DNA from: Candidatus Pacearchaeota archaeon
GTDB taxonomy: Archaea; Nanobdellota; Nanobdellia; Pacearchaeales; GW2011-AR1
NCBI GenBank assembly: GCA_016867035.1
Contig: VGKO01000001.1
Coordinates: forward strand, 1,998-65,997
DNA length: 64,000 nucleotides
Direction of reading: 5' to 3'
Positions 1-9,100 of this stretch are shown one piece after another. The notes beneath the pieces are model-generated. The model made no database searches and had not been told where the DNA came from. It was given only the letters and a program-made list of their open reading frames with translations. The translations under genes were made by a program, and so were the position numbers. Each line of letters starts with the position of its first letter. The first letter of the stretch is position 1.

Positions 1-639
1 GAGGATGAAATGCAAAGACTTGTTACTGCAATTGCTCTTAAAATGCCTAATCATGAAAAAATGTCTGAGTTCATAGGCAACCTATTCTTAATAAAATTCT
101 TTAACAGGCTTGAGGATGCGCGAGAAATGTCTGCGTTAGTAAATGCTTGTTCAAGAATGGGCGAGTCTAATGTTGCATTATTATTTTGCATGGGAAATGA
201 AAATGCAAGAAAGCAAGCAGAAACCGTTTATATAAAATACAAACAAAGCCTGATAGAAGCTCTAAATCATGTTAATACTAATCCAAAAATACAGGGCAAG
301 CAATACATGATTATTAATGCCAAAGATAAAATTCAAGACACAATTATAGGCACAGTAGCCAGCATTTTATCCATGTCTGCATTGTATGAAGAAGGAACAA
401 TAATAATTACTATGGCTTATAATCAAGATAAAATAAAAGTCTCTTCAAGAATTTGCGGCCGTGAGAAGATAGATGACAGCAAAAATCTAAAAGAAATTAT
501 GGATTCTATTACTGAGTTAATTGGTGGAGAATCAGGCGGGCATAAACTTGCAGCCGGCTGCATTATTGGCAAAGATAAAGAAGAAGCCTTCATAGACTTA
601 GTTAAAAAGAAACTTGATATTGAAGTTATTAAGTGTTAA
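1..639 (+). CDS. DHH-family phosphoesterase, C-terminal part (DHHA1 domain; RecJ/GAN-like); 5' end lies outside the window
   Basis: The ORF 10..639 is open in frame back to base 1. The C-terminal 'GGESGGHKLAAGC' matches the GGGH motif of DHHA1 domains. Confidence 0.5.
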   Translation, partial: EDEMQRLVTAIALKMPNHEKMSEFIGNLFLIKFFNRLEDAREMSALVNACSRMGESNVALLFCMGNENARKQAETVYIKYKQSLIEALNHVNTNPKIQGKQYMIINAKDKIQDTIIGTVASILSMSALYEEGTIIITMAYNQDKIKVSSRICGREKIDDSKNLKEIMDSITELIGGESGGHKLAAGCIIGKDKEEAFIDLVKKKLDIEVIKC

Positions 640-685
640 TTCTCTTAATCAGAAGTTTTAAAAACCCCCTAAACCCCTTGTTTTT

Positions 686-856
686 ATGGCAAAATTAAGA
701 TTCATAAAGGTTAGATGTCAAGCATGCAAAAACGAACAGGTAATGTTCGAAGGAGCAACTACAAAAGTAAAATGTTTGATTTGCAATGCTGTTATAGCAG
801 AGCCAAAAGCCGGAAAAGCAGAACTTAAGGCAAGCAGAATAGAAGTTCTTAATTAA
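686..856 (+). CDS. rps27e: 30S ribosomal protein S27e (56 aa, C4 zinc ribbon)
   Basis: Hand translation gives MAKLRFIKVRCQACKNEQVMFEGATTKVKCLICNAVIAEPKAGKAELKASRIEVLN, with CxxC...CxxC spacing and the KV(K/R)C..C..EQV.F signature of S27e. It was missed by the ORF track (under 60 aa). It lies directly upstream of aIF2-alpha, as in the conserved archaeal cluster. Confidence 0.8.
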   Translation: MAKLRFIKVRCQACKNEQVMFEGATTKVKCLICNAVIAEPKAGKAELKASRIEVLN

Positions 857-915
857 TTCTTTTAATAAAATCTTAAAATACTAATATTTAAAAGTCTTCT
901 AAACCCCCTATAAAC

Positions 916-1659
916 ATGGTAAAAAATAATATTGAAGAAGGACAATTAGTTCTTTGTAATGTAGAAAAAATTCTAGGCACAAGCGTATTTGTTAAGATAG
1001 AAGGCTACAACATAGATGGTGCAATTACTTTTCCAGAAATAGCTCCCGGAAGAATCAGGAATATAAGAGATTTTGTATTTCCGGGCAAGAAAATAGTTTG
1101 TAAAGTTCTTAAAATTCATCAAAATTCTATAGAGTTATCCTTAAGAAGAGTAAAAACCACAGAAAGAAATGAATTTAATGAATACTACAAAAAAGAAAAA
1201 AGCTATTCTGCACTTGTTAGAACCCTTTTAGGAGATAAAGCTGAAGCAGTTATTAATGAAATAAAAGAAAAGGAAAATTCTATTGTAGATGTTTTTGATA
1301 GCTGTAAAGAAAATCCCAAAAATGTAGAAAAATATTTTGCAAAAGAAAATGCAGAGAAGATATGTAAGATATTAAGAGAAAAAGAAAATAAAACTAAAGA
1401 AACTATTATCAATCGAGAATTCTCTTTGACAAGCAAAGACCCGGCTGGAATAAATATAATAAAAAACATAATTCTTGAAGCTTCAAAAGGCACAAACATT
1501 AATTTTTCATACATAGCTGCAGGCAAATATTTGGCAAAAGTAAAAAGTAAAGATCCAAAGAAAGATGAGTTTACGCTTAATCAGGTAATAGATAAAATCG
1601 AGGATTTGTCAAAGAAAAAATATTGTTCAAGCTGTAATTTCGTCTATCAAAAGAAGTAA
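916..1659 (+). CDS. Translation initiation factor 2 alpha subunit (aIF2-alpha)
   Basis: An N-terminal S1/OB domain ('GQLVLCNVEKI...GAITFPEIAPGRIRNIRDF...GKKIVCKVLKI') is followed by a helical and an alpha-beta domain. The conserved archaeal S27e-aIF2alpha gene order supports the call. Confidence 0.8.
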   Translation: MVKNNIEEGQLVLCNVEKILGTSVFVKIEGYNIDGAITFPEIAPGRIRNIRDFVFPGKKIVCKVLKIHQNSIELSLRRVKTTERNEFNEYYKKEKSYSALVRTLLGDKAEAVINEIKEKENSIVDVFDSCKENPKNVEKYFAKENAEKICKILREKENKTKETIINREFSLTSKDPAGINIIKNIILEASKGTNINFSYIAAGKYLAKVKSKDPKKDEFTLNQVIDKIEDLSKKKYCSSCNFVYQKK

Positions 1660-1663
1660 TTAT

Positions 1664-2998
1664 CTAAATCAATGTCTTTTGGTTCTCTGAATTCTTTTCA
1701 ACCAAAACCCCATACTCTCCGTCAAAACCTGGTTTGACTTTAAGATTTGCTATCCTATTATCAATAATTAAATCCGCGAGTTTCTCTAGTTTATCCTTGG
1801 CCAGTTCAGAAGCCAAAACATTTTTATCTACTTTAAGCAAAATATTAAATTCATTACCAAATTTTTCAATAAGTTTATTATAAATCTCCCAGGTTTTCTT
1901 GTTTTCTACTTTACTCTTAATAAAAAAAGCAATTAATTCGTGTAAAGGCAAAATTTTGAAAAAGGCCCGGGCATTATTAGGAATTCCGGTATTGTTTGCA
2001 AGCTCTTCTACTCTATTTTCAACCCCTATAACAAGAGGCTTGCTACAGACAGGACAAATACCTTTCAACTCGCGAGTTTTAGCAGGAGCACAAGAGAAAC
2101 CACAATTTCTGTGCCCATCAAAATGATATTTTCCATAGCCGGGCTCTGTTTCAATAGTTGATTTAAAAGTTTTTTCTCTGATTTGTTTAATAAGTTCGTT
2201 GTAACTAAAGTTTTCTAATCCATCAGACTTGAAAATAGTTGCTTCCCTTCCCAGTCTCCAAGGCCAAAAGCTATGCGAATCTGAAAAACTTATAATGGCT
2301 TTGTCTCCAAGTTCTTTTAATTTCCAATTCATCTCAGGATCACTAGACATTCCTGTTTCAATCGCATGAATATTTCCAAATTGGCTTGCAAATGCATCCT
2401 TAAGACTATTAAACCCGCTCTCGCTTCCAAAAACCCCAAACCACGGAGTCCAAACATGAGCAGGAATTATTTCTATTCTTGAATCTATTTCTTTTAAAAC
2501 TCGAGTAAATTCCTCGCAAGATACTGAAAAAATAGGCCTGCCATCGTAATCGCGCCTTCCCAAGCTATCCAAATACTTATTTATTTTAGAATTCGTTTCT
2601 AGACTTGGAACAAGATAAACTAAGTGGACGCGTCTGCCTTTTCCAAGACTTGTGAACACCAAACTTATCTCGCCTGTTAAAATAAAAGGAAACTTAGTTT
2701 TATCTTCAAACTCATACCACAATATTCCTGTTTCTTTATTCTCAACAAGTTTAGTTTTAATCTCTGCAAGCCATTCTTCATGAGAGATATCTCCTGTACC
2801 TAACAAATTTATCCCTTTAATTCTCGCCCACTTAGCCAAATTATCAATACTAAGATTTTTACTAGTTGCTCGCGAGAATCTTGAGTGAATATGCAAATCC
2901 GCAATAATATCCTTCTCTTCAAGTTTAACAGGTTTTATTTTCTCACTATTAGAACTATTATCAAGATTAACAATTGCCTCTTTTATCAAACTTAACAT
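1664..2998 (-). CDS. PHP-domain nuclease, endonuclease Q (EndoQ)-like
   Basis: It has the N-terminal PHP motif 'ADLHIHSRFSRA' and a later Zn-binding 'CPVCSKPL' and 'HRNCGFSCAP'. The size (444 aa) and architecture match archaeal EndoQ. Confidence 0.5.
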   Translation of the reverse strand: MLSLIKEAIVNLDNSSNSEKIKPVKLEEKDIIADLHIHSRFSRATSKNLSIDNLAKWARIKGINLLGTGDISHEEWLAEIKTKLVENKETGILWYEFEDKTKFPFILTGEISLVFTSLGKGRRVHLVYLVPSLETNSKINKYLDSLGRRDYDGRPIFSVSCEEFTRVLKEIDSRIEIIPAHVWTPWFGVFGSESGFNSLKDAFASQFGNIHAIETGMSSDPEMNWKLKELGDKAIISFSDSHSFWPWRLGREATIFKSDGLENFSYNELIKQIREKTFKSTIETEPGYGKYHFDGHRNCGFSCAPAKTRELKGICPVCSKPLVIGVENRVEELANNTGIPNNARAFFKILPLHELIAFFIKSKVENKKTWEIYNKLIEKFGNEFNILLKVDKNVLASELAKDKLEKLADLIIDNRIANLKVKPGFDGEYGVLVEKNSENQKTLI

Positions 2999-3072
2999 CT
3001 CTTACCTCAATTTTCAAAGATAGCTTAAGCTTTTAAACTTTTATAAAGTCAAGAATAATAATAAATAAGTAA

Positions 3073-3146
3073 GCCCTTATAGTTCAGCCCGGATAGAATA
3101 CGACCTTGCGGAGGTTGTGACCGAGGTTCAAATCCTCGTGGGGGCG
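3073..3146 (+). tRNA. tRNA-Arg (anticodon GCG)
   Basis: Cloverleaf read by eye: acceptor GCCCUUA/UGGGGGC (two G-U pairs), D arm GTTC..GAAT, anticodon stem CGACC/GGTTG with loop TTGCGGA, T arm CGAGG-TTCAAAT-CCTCG, discriminator G. CCA is not encoded. Confidence 0.7.
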
Positions 3147-3165
3147 TTCAGTAGAAAATTTCTGC

Positions 3166-6100
3166 TCAGGAAATCTTAGGTTTATCTAAATTTTGAAGGC
3201 CCTTGCTAAAATCGTCTAAATAGTTTTCTATACTACTTTTAAGAATAATAACATCTTTTATAGAATAAACTGCATCTTGCTTTATCAAGATAAGTTTCTT
3301 TCCTATCTTCTTGCTTATTCTTTTATCAACTCTAATAAGCCAACCATAAATTTTTGGAATCTTATCTTCCAAGTAAATTTCCTCGACTTTTCCAATAAAG
3401 TTGCCATCTTCAGAATAGACTTTTGTGCCAGTTAGACGACTTAATCTATTTTTAGAACCTTTATTGAAAATTCTTCTAACTTCAAAAATTATATTTTTAA
3501 TTAAAGAGTAAACTTTAATTCTCATCTTATAAATAAGAATAATTAATAATAAAATTAAAAGTATTGCTAAATTCTCTCCTTTAGAAGAGATTCCCTTAAC
3601 CCCCCTAAAAATATGGTTGAAAGTATTCCCAAAGATATCCTTTGTTTTGGTTATAACGCTAGAATTATCTTTTAATTCTACATTTTGATTTTTGCTTTCA
3701 TCTTTTATATTTGTGCTAATATCTTCATCACTATCGCATATGCTATTATTGTTCTTATCTAAACAGCATTCGGCCCCATATCTTATATAAGGGGGGTTGC
3801 AAACAATATTATCCTTAATAACATTTCCAAGAAGATTGCTTCCACCAGAACCTCCTGTAGAACCGCTTGATCCTCCCGTGTTATCTGTAACAGAAGAACT
3901 AACCACAAAACTATCATAAGCTGTAGCTGTACCTCCTGCCCAAGAGACTAATCCTCTAAATCTATAATTTCCAGAAGAACTTGGAGAAGTTAAAGTAGCC
4001 GTTAAATAAGAGTTCCCATTAGCAGATACATATATTGTTTGTTGCCCAGAAGTATAATTTGTATTCTCATTTTCATTAGTAATCCAATAATCAATGACAA
4101 AATCTTGCCCTACGTCTGAATTTTTATTCTCAATAGTAATTATTGTATTAAAACTTGTTGAGGCGGTTACAGATGCAGGCGCATTTACAATAGCATCGGC
4201 AGGCCCCCCATATCCGGGAATTCTTACATTGATTTGGTTTGAAGAATAAGTAATAGAATTAACTGTCGCTGTTGCCTTTACGAATAATTTATTTGCATTT
4301 GAAGCCGCTTTATCTATAATAATAGAACTTAAATAAGTATAATTTTGGGTTCTGTTTAGGTTAGTCGTTGTAGTTAATTCTAAATCAGAATCTATTAAAG
4401 TTATATTTGTTAAATCTTCTCCACCGGAATTTACAATTTCTAGAGATATTGTATAATTAACAGAAGTTGAATTTTCAGAATTATAATATGCATTTTTAGT
4501 TAAAGTCAACTGCTGTTCTGTTTCAGCAGCAGGAATAATTAAAATAATCTCAGAAGAATTTGCAGAAACTTGATTTCCAGAGTAAGAATTAGTTGCATTC
4601 ACTCTTGCAATCGCAATGCTAATATTATACGTAGATGAATTTCTCTCATACAACTTAATATAACTTCTAGTAGAGGAAGAATTTGCAGAAATATTTTCTA
4701 AATTGTAAGGAGAATCTGTTGAGTCTGAGTCAGTTAAAATTGTTGAAGTTGCATCACTTAAACCCTTATTTATTACTCTTAAAGTAAAATTATAAATTAT
4801 CGAGGTATTTGTCATATTATGGATACTCAATATTTTATCCAAAACAAAAGAAGCAGGCCCTCCTATGGAAAAAGTATCTTGGCAAGTCTCATTATATCCC
4901 TTATATGTTGAAGTTGCATTTAAAACATAACTTCCCACAGAAAGATTCGCAAAGCTTGTTTCAAATCCACCATCACTTGCAGTTGTTAAATTTTGATTAG
5001 CGTCTAAATTATTATTTGAATCATAGATGCTTAAATTAACAGCATAATTTGGAACAACAACACTTTCATTTAAAATTGTTCCTTGAACCAAGACAAGAGC
5101 CCCTTGTTGATACGAACCTCCGGCTTCACAAGAAATGGAAAAATTAGTCAAGTTAAAATAAAAGAAATAATTTGTAGAATTTGCTTTTCCATCGCTTGCA
5201 ATAACCGTCCAATTATATCTTCCAGAACTTCCTAAACTCCAGTTGTAAGTTACTTGAGTGCCATTTGTGATATTATAAGTTATATTAATCAAAGAATAAG
5301 TTCCATTTGGATATCCCCCATAAAACCAGACAGTGAAATTATCTAAATTGCCATTATTGTCTGAAGCAGTTGCATTAAGCAATATTGATATTCTATTGTT
5401 CAGATGAGAATTGTTTGTAGGATAATTTAAAGTTATGTTAGGGGCAATATTCGATTGTAATATTATTGTTCTATTTGTACTCCAATTTGAATTTCCTAGA
5501 CTATCAAAAGCAAGACAATTCCAAGTATAATTTCCAACCCCCAAGGCTAATGTCCAATTAGTTGAATTAAGTGTTCCAGTTATATTTGTTGTTTTATTAA
5601 GTATAAAATTGCCATTAGAGCTATTAGTTATATATAGGCTGATATTCTTTAAGGCAAAATTATCTGCAGAAGAGCAGTTAAAGGAAACATTAGTTGTCGA
5701 GCTTGTTATTGTAGCAGCATAATTTAAAGCCGGTGAGTTTAAAGTTAAATTTGGAGCAACGTTATCCATGTTAAAACTAATCAAGTTACTTCCTATATTA
5801 TTACTGGTGTCATTGCAATAAACTATCCAATTATTCCAGCCCGATATACTAGTTAATCCGGTAAAATTTTGTCCTGCCGATTGTATCGAATAATTATTTA
5901 TACCAGAATTATTTGAATACCAACAAGCACTCAAGGCAACATCGTCACTAACGCTATAATTAAGTGTAGTTATACTACCATAGCCCGTTCCATTAATAGG
6001 ATAAGTTATGTTTACTACAGGAAGAGTAGAATCTGAAAAGCCTATTGTTATTGTTCTGTTAATCGAAAAATTTGAATTTCCTAAGCTATCCGAGACAAAA

Positions 6101-9100
6101 CAATTCCAAGTATAAGTCCCTATTCCCAAAGTTAAAGTCCAGTTTGTTGTGTTTATTGTTCCATTTATGTTGGTAGTTCTATTAAAGGTAAAATTGCCAT
6201 TAGAATTATTAGTTAGGTATAAACTAATATTTTTCAAAGCCAAATTATCTGCAGAAGAGCAGTTAAAGGAAACATTAACCGAATTTGAAGTTCCCAAACT
6301 ATATGCATCGGACGGCGAATTCAAAGTTACATTTGGTGTAAAAGTATCTTTATAAAATGAAGAAACACCATTTCCAATATTATTAAGACTATCATTACAA
6401 TAAACTGTCCAATTATTCCAGCCCTCATTACTTGTTAATCCGGTCCAGTTTATTCCTGCAGAAAAAATAGATGAATTTGTTTCTGCATTATTAACTGAAT
6501 ACCAACAGGCACTAATATTCTCATTTGAAGAAACACTATAATTCAAAACAGAAATATTGGTTGCATAACTTGTGCCATTTAAAGGATAAACAATACTTAT
6601 AGCCGGATTGGCATTTCTTATAATAATTGTTCTTTGTTCTGTTGAATTTGAAAATCCAATTGAATCAGATGCAAAAAGCTGATAAGAATATGTCCCCAAA
6701 TCTAATCCAGCAGTTGAATTTTTGCTCTGATTTGCATAAAAATACCATTGAGTAGAATTAAATTTTTGCAAATTAGAAACATACTGCTCATAAATTTCTT
6801 CAGCGCTTAAACTTCTATTCCAAATTCTTACTTCATCAATTGAACCGTTAAAATAATAACCGTCGCTTCTCGCCCCAACCCTCAATAATTCGGTGTTGGC
6901 AACTGCATTCGTAGAATAGGCCGTGCTATTATCCAAAACACCATCAATATAAATCCTTAATTGGCTTCCATTATAAGTTACAGCCAAATGGCTCCAATTA
7001 CCTACGGAAAGGTTATTTTTTGATATTATGGTTTCTGCAAGGTCTGTTGACCATCTAAAAGTAATTCTTCCTGTTGTCGCATAATCCATTAATTGATAAC
7101 CTGTACTTGTCGAACCAGGAGTTGCCTTTGTAACATACATCTGATAACTCTTGAGTGAGTTTCTCTTTGCCCATAAAGAAATAGTGCCTCTTGTAGTTAA
7201 ATCTAGAGAATTTGAATCTGCAACACTAATGACGTCGTTGATTCCATCGAAAAAAGCACCCATTCCATATTTTCCAGAGGTGGAGTTTATTACTGCCCCA
7301 CTTAAAGTTCCATTATTTCCATTAATACTTGCATCCTTCACATGAGTTACATTCTCTCCAAGAGAGGAAATATTATCAAAATTATACATCAAAACCAGAG
7401 AGTTTTCATAGAAAGTATAATTTACCCCATTCCAATTATAAATTATATTTGTAAGCCCATGCGACCCTACAATTGAGGTATTTATTTGAATAGATGTATT
7501 TGTTGTACTTGTTCCGTCTATTGGTGTGGGGGATATAAAACTTAATTGAGGATAGTTTCTTGGAGTTGCATTAACAAAAATTGTTCTAGAGGCAAGATTA
7601 TTCAAGGTATCATTTACAGTTATATTTAAATTATATAAACCAACAGCTAAAAGCGTATTATTTTTTAAATATCCTGAACAATTTACATTGAAATTAGTTG
7701 TGTCATTAACCGTATAGCAAGATATTCCAGAAGCATCTGTAGCATTTATCTGATATGTAAATGCATTCCCATATAAAACTGTTTGATTTGTCAAATTGTT
7801 AAAAGTTGGGAAATTACTATCAGAAACATTTACAAAAATAATATTTGAAACTCTATTATTTAGTGTATCATTAATTGTAATATTGATCCAATAAGTCCTA
7901 CCTGCGAGAAGAGTATTATTTTTTAAATATCCTGAACAATTTACATTGAAATTAGTTGTGTCATTTACAGTAAAACAACTTATGTTATTAGAATCTGTAG
8001 CATTTATCTGATACCCCAACCCTAAAACTTCTGTTGTTGTTTGATTTGCGAGATTATTGAACACGGGTAAAATAGTATCCTTAAAGAATCTGTTTATTCT
8101 ACTTCCCAAATTATTATAACTATCATTGCAATAAACACTCCAATTATTCCAGCCTTCATTGCTTGTCAATCCTGTCCAGTTTATTCCTGCTGAAACAATT
8201 GAAGAATTCCAGATTCCTGAAGAATTACTCCACCAACATCCACTAATACTCGAGTTATCCGCAACAGTATAATTTAGAGTTGAAATATTAACAATATAAT
8301 TAGTGTTGTTTGCAGGATAGATTATGTTAATCGCCGGAGCAAGAGAATCTGAAACATTCACCCACATTAAACCAGAAGCAAGGTTATTAGAAGTATCATT
8401 AATTGTTATATTTAAGTTATGTAATCCTACATTAAGCAAAGTTTTATTCGTTAAAATACCAGCACAAGACATTGCAAAATTAGTTGTGTCATTAACCGTA
8501 TAGCAAGAAACCCCAAATGTATCTGATGCGCTTATTGTATGAGATAAAGCCGAGCCGTATTCTATAGACTTATTAGAGAGGTTTGTGAAAGTTGGGGAGA
8601 CTATATCTCTTATTGTAACATTCCATTTTGTAGTTATATTACTTATAGTCATATTAGAAGTCATATTAGCATATACAAAAAAAGTATTAGGAGATAAACT
8701 TGTTCCAGTTGCATTAACAATCCAAGTTATTGTTGAAGTCTGGGCATGGCTCAATGTAACATTATATGGATTTTGTGTTGTTGTATAAAATGGGGTTGCA
8801 CTTGTATTCATGGAAACTAGCCCAGATTTTACTCCCGTGCCGCCCGTATAAGTAAGCCATATTTTTGGAACAAGAGTATATGGAGTTGAAGCCATGCTAT
8901 CAAAAGGCCAAATATAACCAGAGTCACTTTGCCCACCAAGAGATCTCCCGTTAGCCAACCCTGTTACAACATACAAACCACCATTAGAAGTCCAGCCACT
9001 ATTATCCCTTGAGAAGTCTATAATAATATTACTTGTACCATCCCATGTGAAATTATTCGTAAAATTAAATTCGAACAAACGACTTACTGAAAATGAAGAG

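Noticed and set aside
1203-1526. Antisense 107-aa ORF inside the aIF2-alpha gene. The same applies to other short ORFs in the track nested in or antisense to large genes: 1899..2126, 4809..5000, 6149..6355, 7151..7345, 8585..8788, 10498..10758, 10515..10730, 11451..11666, 15282..15569, 16622..16843, 17517..17810, 20771..21064, 22070..22348, 24304..24651, 26733..26921, 30073..30366, 30553..30873, 30578..30805, 31979..32293, 35666..35887, 37231..37467, 44793..44999, 44983..45198, 47056..47325, 50698..50973, 51792..51983, 52680..52901, 53334..53727 (three ORFs), 54939..55130, 55973..56176, 57586..57813, 59717..59926, 61683..61880, 61884..62066, 62434..62661.
   Set aside because: Each lies wholly within, or antisense to, a longer ORF with clear homology-type motifs. 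They are low-complexity products typical of spurious ORFs in AT-rich DNA.
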